Assembly: GCA_002633005.1 (NCBI GenBank)
Contig: NMRA01000910.1
Span: 21,103 to 66,688 of the forward strand
Length of the DNA stretch: 45,586 nucleotides
Origin: Phoronis australis
Taxonomy: Eukaryota; Animalia; Phoronida
Direction of reading: 5' to 3'
Every line of letters starts with the position of its first letter. The first letter of the stretch is position 1. This document shows positions 35,101-45,300 of this stretch, in pieces. Under the pieces are notes generated by a model, which saw only the letters and a program-made list of their open reading frames with translations, was not told the origin of the DNA and did not search any database. A program made the position numbers and the translations under genes.

Positions 35101-38100
35101 CATTGGCTTTCTTTGTTGTCGCCTTCGACTTAGCCTTCTTGCCTTGCTTCTCTTTGAGCCATTGATCACAGGTGTCGTCCAACTCTACATAAGTGACCAC
35201 AATAAGTGAATGGCACTTGAGTACTTTGCACTACGATTAAGTGAACAATGAGTAAAACTAAGAACAACTATAACGGTGGGTAGTGCCTCGCAAGCTTTTT
35301 ACGTCGCTGCAGCGCAGCTAGGAATGAGCAACCACAAAAAAGGAACATTTTCCATGTGACTTATCGTTTTACAAATAGGCTCTTGTGATAGAAATATTCT
35401 TGGTGTCATAAAATTTAACTGCAAGATATGGTTTTTGCATGAATGAAGTCAAAATAATGATAAAAACAAGACAAAAAAGAGGAAACAGGAAACCAAATGA
35501 GAGGAAATCGAAACCACAGAGAATATCCTCTTAATGAAGGAAAATTTCAAGCTCTGCTGCGGTGAGAAGAATCAAGGGAAATGGAGATTTCTGTATTAAT
35601 TAACCAAAGCCACCATAATATTTAGGCTGTGCACCAACTGTCGAGCTTTCTAGGACATTATGTTTGTTATTCTGTATGTATTAGACAAACCCAATAGTGC
35701 TAAGAATGCTTTAGCAGGAATGGAAACACAATTCAAACGCTCAGGCATGGCAAATGATTCATAGCCTTTTCGCACTACATTTTGTCACCCTGCGAGAAAA
35801 TACCTAACAAAGAACGACCAGTCGCAGTACTTTTGAGCAATGACTGGTATCCGTCCCAGAAATACGTGTCTGCAGCAGGTACCAGAATGTGTGTCTGTTA
35901 TTTATCATAGTTATGTAAATTGACTAAGGAGTCGATCAGTAGTGGCGATGAAAGTCATTCAATAAGCAGGGCTTGGAATGACCAATGACAAAAAATGCGG
36001 AAACTTTTACGGCCCAAAAAGATGCGCGCTACCCAGNGCATGGCAAATGATTCATAGCCTTTTCGCACTACATTTTGTCACCCTGCGAGAAAATACCTAA
36101 CAAAGAACGACCAGTCGCAGTACTTTTGAGCAATGACTGGTATCCGTCCCAGAAATACGTGTCTGCAGCAGGTACCAGTGTGTGTCTGTTTTTTATCATA
36201 GTTATGTAAATTGACTAAGGAGTCGATCAGTAGTGGCGATGAAAGTCATTCAATAAGCAGGGCTTGGAATGACCAATGACAAAAAATGCGGAAACTTTTA
36301 CGGCCCAAAAAGATGCGCGCTACCCAGCCTTGAAATAGTCCATATGAACCTTTCTCCGACAAAAATCGGGAGGACTAAGAAAAAAAAACGTTACCACCAT
36401 CGGTAACATGCGTCTGCGTCTTTTTAGCTCGTCCGTCCACTCCCACCCCCACACATTTTTGGCTGCAGAGCCGTAGTATTTGTCACTGCGGTTTACAATC
36501 ACACGACACGACATTGAAAATCCCACCACGCTATCCCACAACCCTATAAATCCCTTATCACATTTGGCAATTTATGACTTCACCGTGGTCAGAGAAGTAG
36601 GAACTAAATACACGTAATTCAAGGTAGGCTTTCAAATACAAAACTGAGATTTTTTATAGAAACAGTGCACAACTGTTGCCATTCCATTGCCATGGCAATC
36701 ACTTACCGGAGACATCCGACCAGTAGTCATCAAACACTTCAAATCCATTCTCATCCCGTCGAATATTTTTCCCAGCTTTAACATCAAGTCCAGTTCTCCT
36801 GAAATGTTTATGATCCATTACATTGACACAACGTGGAATGCACAGACAAAACAGAATATCCCAAGTGCAGGTAATTTGTATCATATACTCATTTGGGCTA
36901 ATGCCCGCACCTAAATTTTTACTTCCAAATAAAATCATATGTTTTTGAGCTACAGTCAAGATTTTTCAATTTTAAATGCCCGAGGTGATACATGGACAAA
37001 CTCGGTACTTGATCAGAAACAAGTTTATTTCTCATAAAGACTAATTGTACTTATCTATAGCTGCAATTTAAGATATCCAAGACAAAATCATTGCTAACAA
37101 TAATCGTATTTCTAATGAAAGTGTTTCTTCTAATATTGAATAATAAACCTTAATATGTAACAAGACACACTCACGTTCCGAGAGTAGGGTTCTTGAAAGG
37201 ATTGACAAATACAGAGTCTGATGACTGGCTGGAGAAACTAGACAGGACAGAGCTCTGAAACACAAAAGAGAATTCAGCAGGGCATTGTAGGATTACAGTT
37301 AGAATACAGACTGATCGATTTGGCGACCTGCAGACTTAGTTGGGTGACCTGGCAAAATCCCAAGTTCTCACACACATATCCGATCATGTGCTCAAAATAG
37401 TGATCAAGTAAATAGATGGAAGTCTAAATGGTTTAGTAAAAAGTAAAAGGATTCATGCAGACATGTTGTAATAGTCTGCTTCTCCCTTAGGTAGGAATCT
37501 TTGTCGAATGTTGTGTCTCCGAGGAAAATTATCCGTCACCGAGCAAATGGAATTTTCACTACTATTTAATGTACATTTTTGCTTCAACTTTGCATGGTTT
37601 TCAAAATGGGAACTTCCTAGTCATCTGGTTCCTCTGCAATTCATTATAAAATCAAGATTGTGCATGCCGGATTCAGTAAACAAGATGACATGCACACAAT
37701 GCGCACTGTTTGCTTCCAAGACTTGAAGGGAATAATGGAATTCAGTGTAAGAGGTAAGACCATTACATATTTGTTTATTCAACAAGCATTGTAAGGGTAT
37801 TGCTAATGGGAACACGGACTCTTTTTTTCCCAACACATAACGAGGAACGTGATGTATGCAAGAGTTGTCAGGAAATGTATTTCCTAGGGTCCTGGTGGAA
37901 GCTTATGAGTCTTGACAGCATCACACGGGCAAAAAGTTTCAAGTAGTGAGACGTTCATGTCAAAAAAAGGGACACTAAAAACAAAATGCACGTCGTAGAC
38001 ATGCACAGACCATTCAGGTGGCCCATTGCACTGGTCACCTTGAGAACTATTTTAAACTTTGTCACTATATACTAGTTTATAACCAAGTTGAGAGCTAGAG

Positions 38101-38542
38101 TAGAGACCTGACTCAAGACATCGAAAGTGTCTACACTGTACTCCACCGAGACTCGAACCCACGACCTTGAGTTTTGAGTTGTGGAGGAACCCATCCATCC
38201 GACTATTAACAACGCAATTGTCAGATAGGTTACTTTCATAGGCGGTGCAGCACTATAGCCCGCCAGCCCCCTATGATGCGCCGCCAATGATTTTTTATGG
38301 AGGTAATTGCCTATCTGCCGAGTGATGATGGGGGATGATAGTTTTTGTCAAGCCTCAGCCTCTGGCTCAAGGGTGTGCTTAATTAACCCCATGATCCTAC
38401 CCGATTAGAACGCTTTATGGGCATTGTGACGTTCACTTTGAAAAAGAAAACGCCCGACTAGAGGTTCAACTGTTTGCAGAACAGGTTTTGCGGAGTGTTA
38501 TATGTAAACAACTCATCCGAAACACTTCGAAACATCCGCCAT
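20119..38542 (-). CDS. CENPC: Centromere protein C (CENP-C/Mif2), ~960 aa, 18 phase-consistent exons from 36798 down to 20119 plus an uncertain first exon near 38542
   Basis: Mif2-like N-terminal RTGLDVKAGKNIRRDENGFEVFDDYW; CENP-C motif VRRSQRTRVATLQWYKNERVHY followed by SGVFVADVLSP; C-terminal cupin (FSVGQLILRPLAEKETQ...FTILRGKLAVTIHESTSILETDDVFFIPKGNTYSLKNLRNEDCKLCFFQLKG*). All junctions from 36798 to the stop are GT-AG with matching phases. Confidence 0.93.
20729..20819 (-). CDS. CENPC: CENP-C cupin domain exon 2
   Basis: cttgcag| ... G|gtttgc; encodes AFTILRGKLAVTIHESTSILETDDVFFIPK. Confidence 0.9.
20999..21174 (-). CDS. CENPC: CENP-C cupin domain exon 1
   Basis: ctttcag| ... ATG|gtaaga; phase 1 to 0. 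Confidence 0.9.
21277..21338. repeat. Perfect 22-bp inverted repeat (hairpin) in a CENP-C intron
   Basis: caaaaaccggacaatcgccgca (21277-21298) pairs with tgcggcgattgtccggtttttg (21317-21338). Confidence 0.95.
21803..21934 (-). CDS. CENPC: CENP-C exon (KNPRMP...CVINPDTGEEVYV)
   Basis: ttttag| ... A|gtaagt; phase 1 to 1. Confidence 0.87.
22293..22385 (-). CDS. CENPC: CENP-C exon (GVFVADVLSP...KPKKGKRKT)
   Basis: attcag| ... C|gtatgg; phase 1 to 1. Confidence 0.87.
22706..22850. repeat. 30-bp minisatellite, ~4.7 copies
   Basis: Unit gctgaatatggcctcaagcaatgatgatgt. Confidence 0.95.
23285..23392 (-). CDS. CENPC: CENP-C exon with the CENP-C motif (CENP-A nucleosome binding)
   Basis: ttacag| ... 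G|gtaact; encodes YPSEAPDGVRRSQRTRVATLQWYKNERVHYDRRKS. Confidence 0.92.
23892..24080. mobile_element. Two tRNA-derived SINE-like heads in inverted, outward-facing arrangement
   Basis: - strand gggtcctcagtagcttagtggtaagagctctagaccggcaatctagagacctgtgattcgattccc (A box, anticodon-like stem, B box); + strand partial copy gggtcccaagtcgctcagaggtaagaacactagaccggcaa at ~24034. Confidence 0.65.
24548..24992 (+). mobile_element. Interspersed repeat rich in ttcaagg motifs; second partial copy at ~31340-31457
   Basis: gctaaaagctgaaattcaaggg...aaggtca(a/g)gattac is shared between ~24895 and ~31350. Confidence 0.6.
24668..24702. repeat. (GT)n microsatellite
   Basis: gtgtgtgtgtgtgggtgtgtgtgtgtgtgtgtgtg. 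Confidence 0.95.
25082..25153. mobile_element. ~72-bp hairpin mini-element, same family as 34500-34576
   Basis: gtgcccgaattttgagaaccagttt ... aaactggttctcaaattacgggcac. Confidence 0.7.
25194..25424 (-). CDS. CENPC: CENP-C exon (SAPRSILKKRTT...TERKKCKI)
   Basis: cttttcag| ... T|gttagt; phase 1 to 1; open 231-nt frame. Confidence 0.8.
26324..26437 (-). CDS. CENPC: CENP-C exon (SSGKRRSLSPEF...LASTP)
   Basis: tttccag| ... G|gtaatg; phase 1 to 1. Confidence 0.78.
26512..26831. other. Assembly gap (N run) inside a CENP-C intron
   Basis: Run of n. Confidence 0.99.
27067..27198 (-). CDS. CENPC: CENP-C exon (TVKRSS...RRQSVKF...YHLTPVT)
   Basis: tctcttttcaag| acceptor, donor A|gtaagt; phase 1 to 1; not in the ORF track. 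Confidence 0.75.
27707..27892. repeat. 32-bp minisatellite, ~6 copies
   Basis: Unit cctagattagatgcttgtttacccttgcgtta at 27707, 27739, 27771, 27803, 27835, 27867. Confidence 0.95.
28157..28318 (-). CDS. CENPC: CENP-C exon (DVQQSS...KSRKSVKF...RKTPAVN); NAGNAG alternative acceptor at 28321
   Basis: tag|cag| acceptor, donor A|gtgagt; phase 1 to 1. Confidence 0.83.
28512..29193 (-). CDS. CENPC: CENP-C large low-complexity exon (PGLPPPKFMSLSPP...RGRTPT)
   Basis: tttttag| ... G|gtaggt; phase 0 to 1; same frame as ORF 28489-29169; K/R/S/D-rich. Confidence 0.87.
29783..29816 (-). CDS. CENPC: CENP-C 34-nt micro-exon (NLLENTSSGGQ)
   Basis: tttttatttccag| ... CAG|gtatat; phase 2 to 0, needed to keep frame between 31531 and 29193. 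Confidence 0.7.
31531..31692 (-). CDS. CENPC: CENP-C exon (LTYSKA...ENLDGTFVVVQN), module B'
   Basis: cttttag| ... AA|gtcagt; phase 2 to 2; 162 nt. Confidence 0.82.
33080..33241 (-). CDS. CENPC: CENP-C exon (TRSKLD...NSAMRGYQTHRR), module A'
   Basis: ttttcag| ... AG|gtacgg; phase 2 to 2; 162 nt. Confidence 0.82.
33829..33990 (-). CDS. CENPC: CENP-C exon (LTWSKG...DDLDTTVTVES), module B
   Basis: ccccag| ... GT|gtacgt; phase 2 to 2; 162 nt. Confidence 0.8.
34190..34350 (-). CDS. CENPC: CENP-C exon (VDSPPR...NSAMKSFDMKKR), module A
   Basis: ttacag| ... AG|gtaact; phase 0 to 2. Confidence 0.82.
34500..34576. mobile_element. ~77-bp hairpin mini-element, same family as 25082-25153, opposite orientation
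   Basis: cagggg...ttttgagaacca ... tggttctcaaaa...cccctg; the loop is a diverged reverse complement of the loop in the other copy. Confidence 0.7.
35072..35184 (-). CDS. CENPC: CENP-C exon (ELDDTCDQWLKEKQGKK...PTVFK)
   Basis: Acceptor tgtag|, donor AAG|gtaatg; phase 1 to 0. Confidence 0.82.
36707..36798 (-). CDS. CENPC: CENP-C exon (Mif2-like N-terminal motif)
   Basis: tttcag|G AGA ACT GGA ... TCC G|gtaagt; phase 2 to 1. Confidence 0.88.
38140..38210 (-). mobile_element. tRNA-derived SINE head (degenerate)
   Basis: - strand tagtcggatgg (A box) ... ggtcgtgggttcgagtctc (B box). Confidence 0.45.
38526..38542 (-). CDS. CENPC: Candidate CENP-C first coding exon (MADVSK)
   Basis: aaaATGGCGG start context. 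A phase-2 donor AA|gtgttt would join exon 36798 in frame, but the donor is weak and other 5' exons are possible. Confidence 0.4.
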
Positions 38543-39055
38543 TTTCAAATGGACGTTGCTAAAAGTAGTTTGAACATCAAAATTTAAACATTCAATTTTG
38601 TAAAAGTTACAATATAAATAAACTCAGTCAAAATAATCAATAAATATTGGTTATAATTATTTTTGTTTTATTATCTTAAGATTTAAGAGTTAATAATAAT
38701 TCATTTTGTCAAATAATCACACTACACACGCGTACTATTTTTTATCCACCTCTGTCGCGCTCTTTTCGAAGTCACTTCCGGAGTTTTACTGATGACTTGG
38801 GACGTGGTTGTTCGTGTGTCTGAATATTTCGCGTTTGCCATGTGTAGCTTGTTTACAAAATAATGCTATTGTGTTCTTTATGAATCCACTTATATCTATA
38901 CAGTAAGAATTATTGAAAGTTGTGAATAACCATTGGGAGATGTTAAATACGACGGCTTGAACTTGAACATTCACTGACACTGACAGTCTGAGTCTGACAT
39001 TGTCACGGTCGGAATGATTCGTGAATTATCATTCATGCCAGTCAAGATGGCGGAG
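38543..39055. promoter_or_regulatory. Putative bidirectional CENPC/HAUS3 promoter region
   Basis: Lies between divergent genes; YY1-like AAAATGGCGG (- strand, ~38536-38545) and CAAGATGGCGG (+, 39043-39053), ETS CACTTCCGG (38773-38781), CHR-like TTTGAA (38544-38549 on -, 38569-38574 on +). Confidence 0.5.
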
Positions 39056-39063
39056 CAGAATCC

Positions 39064-40350
39064 TTTTTATTATGCGCCCACATATTTATATTGCCGTCAT
39101 CTCTGTCTGGGCATCCGGGTGTCCGGCGTCCGCGGCTGGTTCTCCTAAACCCCTTGCAGGATCTTATTGAAATTTGACAAGTGTGTTCCTAAGACCTAAT
39201 GTAATGGCCTCTAATGGGGTTGCGGCGAGTTTCGGACCGACCCGAATACCACTGTTCCCTCTAGTGACAATTTTAGTTTTTTACGTTTGCCTCTGTATCT
39301 TCAAAGGTCCTCAATTGATTTTTATGAAATTTGGCTCATAGAAATCTTTTTATGAGTTGACTCTACCCTCTCGTTTTCTGATGGACTTGAGGCATTTTGT
39401 GCCATCTAGTGGCCGTTTTTACTGTTTTCGAGTTGTCTTTTTGGCGTCCGCCCCTCTAACAACCAAACCACTTTAAGGATGATTCTGAAAATTGGCATGT
39501 GTGTTCTTGCTATGAAGAAGACAGTTGACGATGATTTTCCGACAACTTCGACTACAGTGGTGCTTCCTAGTGGCAGTTTTGTTTGTTTTTTGTATCTCCT
39601 AAACGTTCTACAGGATCTTTATTAAATTTAGCAAATGTATATTTATATGAAGTTGACAACGGACGACGACGACTGTCGAACAGATCGGTGTACCGGTGTG
39701 TCCCCTAGTGGCAGTTTTAGTTGTTTACGTTTACCTCTTTATCTTTAAAGGTCTTCAACGGATTTCCATAAAATTCGTCACATAGACATTTGTGAGATGA
39801 CGCTATCCTATCATTTCAGATGGATTCGTAGTTTGCGCTACCTAGTGGCCATTTTTGTTGTTTTCGAGTCTGTTTTTTGGCGTCCGTCCCTCTGCCAACC
39901 AAACCACTCTAAGGATGAATGTGAAAGTTGGTATGTATGTTCTTTCTACAAAAGGGACAGTTGATGATGATTTTCCGATGACTTCGAGTACTGTGGCACC
40001 TCCTAGTGGCGGTTTTGTTTTTTTGCACCCATACCTGTATTTCCTAAGCCCTCTGCAGGATCTTTATTAAATGTAGTATGTGTATTGGTATGAAGTTAAC
40101 AAGAGAAGACGACGACTTTTAGATGGATCCGACGAACGCTGTGCCCCCCTAGTGGCAGTTTCATTTTTTTTCGTTTTCCTCGGTTTCTATGAAGTTCCTT
40201 GATGAATTTTAGTGAAATTTGGTAAATGGTTTTCTTTTAAAGAAACGGTGACATTTTCTGGTTTTCAGACGGATTCGACGTATTTTGTGCCATCTAGAGG
40301 CCATTTCGATGATACAAACAAAACCCCCTAAAAGCAACCATTTGTGATGC
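39064..40350 (+). repeat. Composite repeat: ~145-bp subunits in a ~440-bp three-subunit higher-order unit, each subunit carrying a CTCF-like cctagtggc core
   Basis: Cores at ~39257, 39402, 39566, 39705, 39841, 40002, 40148, 40290; every third subunit is most similar (ttttggcgtccg at ~39440 and ~39876; acagttga(c/t)gatgattttccga at ~39521 and ~39957). Confidence 0.8.
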
Positions 40351-40409
40351 ATTTGTGGGCACATTTCAACGCTCCGCATTGCTCTTGTAATGTAGTAGCT
40401 GAGACTATC

Positions 40410-40485
40410 TGACTTAGGAATCGAACCAGCCACCCCGATAAAACCAGCAAGGCCAAGGGTGCTAACCATTCAACTAATACGAGAT
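40410..40485 (-). mobile_element. tRNA-derived SINE head (degenerate)
   Basis: - strand tagttgaatggttagcac (A box) ... ggttcgattcc (B box). Confidence 0.5.
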
Positions 40486-40933
40486 TTTCTGTAAATAACC
40501 CATGAGTGTGTATTCAGAAAATGAAAATTTGCAGACATTTTAGTGAAACCAAATTAACACCCAGGCGCTTATTTGGTAAAGGGGGGCATGTAAGTTGGAG
40601 GTCATAGTTTTGCTGACTTTCATATTTTTTACTTAAAACAGTGTTTTTTAAATTTCTGATAGTAAATGCATAATTCTCCTACACCTTGTTCGTTTTGATA
40701 TGTAAATGCTCCATAAAACTGAATTTGTGACAAAATGTTGACTGAGAGTGGGCTTTTAAGAGGAAATTTTACGGATACTTGACACCAGAAGTTGTAACAC
40801 CAAATAAAAGCCCATGGGCGTTTATTCTGCATAATTTTCCGAATAAAGGCTCATGGGCTTTTCTTCGGGTGGGCTTATCTACGGAAAACCCCGGTTAACG
40901 AGTAAACAATACCACCGTGTCTGTTTAGCAGCT

Positions 40934-41170
40934 GAGACGGTGATGCTCCCGTGGGACCATCGTACGCCGCAAGCTTTTTACTGATATGCCTCACACTGAT
41001 GAAACCATCAAAGTCACATTGCTATAAGTATCTTTTGCCCATAGAGGGACACCTTAGCAGACAAATACTCCCGTATTCAAACTTTTTTAGTAATTCTTCG
41101 TTCAGTTGCCCAAATTGGCAACTGGTCATCTTTATACTGCGCACTCCAGAAGATATGATGTCATATTCCC
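40934..41170 (+). mobile_element. Solo copy of the same repeat arm as 3388-3700 / 5430-5686
   Basis: gagacggtgatgctcc ... tatgcctcacactgat ... atcaaagtcac ... atagagggacac ... ttcagttgcccaaattggcaactgg is colinear with the arms above. Confidence 0.7.
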
Positions 41171-41424
41171 TTGCGCGTACAGTGAAAAAGCGAATTTTTG
41201 GTGCCAGTTCAATGCATATAGTCTAAGACTTGATACACAAACTCCTGCCAGTATGGACATGTATTTTCAAACACATAAGTTTTATAATTCCAGTCAAGTT
41301 TGAGTTTTCTGTTGTCAAGAACACTGATGCTGTAAGTGGAATAATATCAAGAAATCTTATAACTTTTGGCACCTTATTCATTTTTTTGATAAAGCTTTGT
41401 GTGATCTTGTTTTTTCCTTTGCAG

Positions 41425-41600
41425 ATGAGCAGTCAGGAGTTTGTAGAAACGTTGCAAAGGCTTGGTTATCCCAAGGCTGATCAACTTGATGCCGAAAGTC
41501 TAGAATGGATGTTTGAAAATGAGGCTGTAAGTCCACTACTAGAGTGGCTGTCGGACAACCTGCAAGAGGACAATATATTATCGTCTGCTGAGATTAGAGA
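41425..41600 (+). CDS. HAUS3: HAUS augmin-like complex subunit 3, first coding exon
   Basis: ttgcag|ATG... MSSQEFVETLQRLGYPKADQLDAESLEWMFENEAVSPLLEWLSDNLQEDNILSSAEIRE, donor GA|gtgagt; matches the HAUS3 N-terminal pattern FVETL..LGYP.A..L.....W.FE...L.W...N....N.LS..E. Confidence 0.9.
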
Positions 41601-42227
41601 GTGAGTATGTTATCTTGTTCAGGGGCGGAACGTGCAATAGTTAGAACAGAATATGATGGAACAGTGAAATTGTATTTCATCAGAATTGTCACCAAGAGTA
41701 AACAAGAAAATTTTAGTTCATTATTTAAAAACTTTTTTAGTATGACTGTTATCACTGAACTCATGATGAAACTTTGAACAGTTTTGGAAAATACAGCGAG
41801 CATTTGAAAAATGAAGAATTGGAAATTTTGACGATTAATATTTTTGCTCGAATTTGAGGAAACTTACACAAGAAAGTCTCTGGGGGAGGGAAGGGGTTAA
41901 AGTAGCATTCATCTTCTTGTTATTAGCATTACCTCAGTTAACGTGTTTGAGTAGGTACTGGTAAACCTTGCTGCCCATGGCCTATCTGTGAGAGTCACCT
42001 CAACTTATTGATAGCTAGTGGGCTTAAAGTGGCAAACCGTGGTTGAAAGTAAGACATTCCCAAGAAGTTGGCTGAGATACACAATCCATTCAAACTTAAA
42101 TTAGGGTTAAGTTGAAAATATGAGTTGAAGGTAGAGTTTTACTGCGGCTTACAACCTTAGCTTGTTTGCACAGGAGACGTTTTCACTGCTAAGTATGTTA
42201 TGTTTTGGTATTGTGGTGTACTTCCAG

Positions 42228-42341
42228 ATACGAAGAACTAAAGCGGACAGAAGGTGGTGTTCTTGAAGGCAAACAGTTGGAGGAAGCTCTGCAGAATGTG
42301 TCTATCTCTGAGCATGAAGAGACGAGTGAGGACCGGCTCAG
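42228..42341 (+). CDS. HAUS3: HAUS3 second coding exon; later exons not identified and probably lie beyond the window
   Basis: cttccag|A TAC GAA ... AG|gttagt; phase 2 to 2; YEELKRTEGGVLEGKQLEEALQNV matches the HAUS3 LEG..L.EAL pattern. Confidence 0.85.
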
Positions 42342-45300
42342 GTTAGTCACAGACTTTGTAACTGAGAGCATTGTTCGCTGAGTATGAAGAAGTGTGTGAG
42401 GACCATGTGAGGTTGGTCGCAGACTATGTAACAAAGCGTCCACTTATAATGCACTGCAGACGTTGACAACTACGATGTCCACAGCAGCGGCGACTGGCGA
42501 CGCTCGTGGCCAAACTGCTTGAAATTTGCGAGTAAAGCCCTCGGAAAAGCTTTTAGAAAACGTAAAAATACCAGCGCCAAATTCAAACACGGGATACAAA
42601 GTGCTATTTTCGTTACTGCAAATGTGTTTTAAATTGCCATTGATGTATTCCAATTTATTTTGGCATTTTTCATGTTTTATTTTGTTAAAAAGTCTTATTT
42701 TGACCGACTCGAGTTTTGCAGTTCAAGAGAGAAGTGGTCACGTGACAGGTTCAGAATGATCTGATTGGTCTAAGCCTGTGTTTACAAATTCTGCTTGCCT
42801 ATTTTGAGTATCCTTGTAGTTATTTCATATGTCACATAGTTTGTTCTACACCAGCCTCGCTTATGAACTATTAACTCCTGTAATTACTGTTTGAAACTGA
42901 AGAGTTTGGTCAACTTAGGATTGTGATTAGTTTAAAGTATGTTGTCTTTAACTTTCATTTTTTTCCATGCTAATAGTTGGGGTATGAGCAACATGCTTTC
43001 GTTTTGACTTTTGTCCATTTGCGTTGGAATTAAATTTTTGTTGTTTTTCATGTTTTTCAGGCTTTCCAGATATTCTCTGGATCGATTTTCCATTTTTTTA
43101 TAATTTTGTCGTAATTATAAGAAATTAAAATAATTTTATATGTCTCCCTGCAGCAAATCAAGAATAATTTTCTGTCAGTTACATTGCAAATTTTGCATCT
43201 TTATCATTTCAATTTTAAAAAAATGTCTTTTGTTACATCTAATTGCCTTCATTATTGTTGCTGAAATAGAGTGCATATTGCCAACACGACACAGTTACAG
43301 GGCATCTTGTAATAATAATGTTTACTTTTGATCTGTTGAGGTATGGTTGTTTAGATTGCTATGTGTATTTCGGGCAGTAAAAAATTTCCTCTTTTTTGTC
43401 ATTGGTCATTCCAAGGGAGCCCTGTATGATAAGCTGTAGCTGGGCTGTGCTAGGAGAGTGCACTCACCCCAGGACAGGCGTGATTTCTATTCAGCAATTG
43501 TAAGAGCCCTGGAATGTTGTTTAGCTACGTGAGCATGCACATTCCCACAGTTTCCTCTACATTTCTCTGATTTAAACCATATGGCTGGGATAGACCTTTC
43601 ATGAATATTAAGAGGAAATCTAAAGCGAGGTTTCTACTAATAATTAAACTACTTCTTGCAGCCTCCTCTGTGCTGGCTGATTGTGATTGTTCCAAACATG
43701 CATGTTACATTTAGCCTTGTGGAATCTTATTGTACAAAGTCTTCATAGTCATCTGGCAAGAATTATCTGTCCAAAGGGCACAAGTATTCCAGTGAAAGTT
43801 ACATAACTTCATTAAGAAGTGATTGAGCTTTTATGGGCTGCATAAACATTCTTCAGTTGTTGTTGAGCTGTCAGCTGGTCAGGCATGGTAACTCTGCATG
43901 GTCTTTTTCATTGGATTTTTTGTTTCCCAAGAAGAATTCAAAGATAACAATGAGTGGTAAGACTACTGGCTTAATTATGGTTAAAACATTTAGTGGTGTC
44001 AGTTTATCTGTAAAGTCATTAGATTATTTCAACTGTCATCGATTCAATTTTTTGGGACATGGGCTGAACATGGTGTTTCACTTACTCCTGTTTTCAACCA
44101 ATCCACAGTGGTCTCTTGTTGTTCTTATAACTGGATAGTTTAATAACGGTAAACTTACTAAGACATTAATATTATTTAACACCTCAAGCACAAGGTGGGT
44201 CATTTTTTCTTCAATTTCTTTCTCTTGCTTGATTACCGTGGAAACAGACTTGGACATATTTGACAGTGATGTTGTCACTGGCCCTGACCAAAGTTATTCT
44301 AGCTGTAAACTAACATGGCCATCAAGAGGTTTAGTCACTGTTATGAGCCAAATGTACATTCTAATATGCTGTTAAAAATTGACAGAGTAATATTACACTG
44401 GATAAGTCTTGTCATTTGTTGCAAAGGCCATATGTATGGTATCATTCATTCACAATAGGGCCTCTGAAGTTTGCTTAAAACATGCATCTGTCCACAATTG
44501 ATTTACTGAGCCAGTGTGTTCAAGGAAATTGAAGTGTGTACACAAGTGATTAATTGTCCTTGATATACCTAATGACTCTCCTCATGTTTTCTCAAACTGG
44601 CTATTTGTTACATACATTTTTCTTGTTTCCTCTGAAATGGAGTGATTTTCAGTTTTGAACCCTTATCACTGAGTATCTTATTAATTAAAAATATTTTATC
44701 AGCCATCACACTGCCCCCTTGTTCTAATAAGTCAGTTTAGTATAGCTACATCTGATATTGAGCCTGTCTGCAGTGAGGATACAAATGTCATTGAGCCAGG
44801 GGAAGCTATATAACTAGGGTTTTAAAGGCTGTGAACAACATTTTGAGTTTGTCACCATTTACCAGTGAGTTTGGCTGTAGATTTGCCCAGGTCAATTTTT
44901 TCCTACTTTCTGTTGCTACTGAGCAATTGAAACGTTCTGACAAATTTTGCTCCAGCAATCCTTATATAAAGCTACAGAAAAACGAGATCATCAAGGGGAC
45001 TGCAATACACCCAGCTCTGCCAACTCTGCTATTATAGGGTTACCATGGTATAACTTCCAATACAGCAAGTGGTTACATAATATACATTGGTGTACTAAGA
45101 GAATATCTACTGGTTAACATGAACTTGAACTTTTCAGATTCAATACGGTTTTTAGTGTGTAAAAATTATGAAAGTCAGGGGTTACACCAGTGTTTGCATC
45201 ATTGCATGACTGCTTGTTTTACTGTGAAATGATTCATTCATGAACTTGAGAGGGTATGTATGTCACCTGCAGTTTTCTGTAATATATACAAATCTATATG

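Noticed and set aside
35745-36327. ~290-bp direct duplication
   Set aside because: The copies abut at a single n (36037) and differ by only a few bases; assembly overlap or allelic artefact
42722-42748. Possible third HAUS3 exon
   Set aside because: Weak donor (gttcag), and the peptide does not resemble the coiled-coil continuation expected for HAUS3
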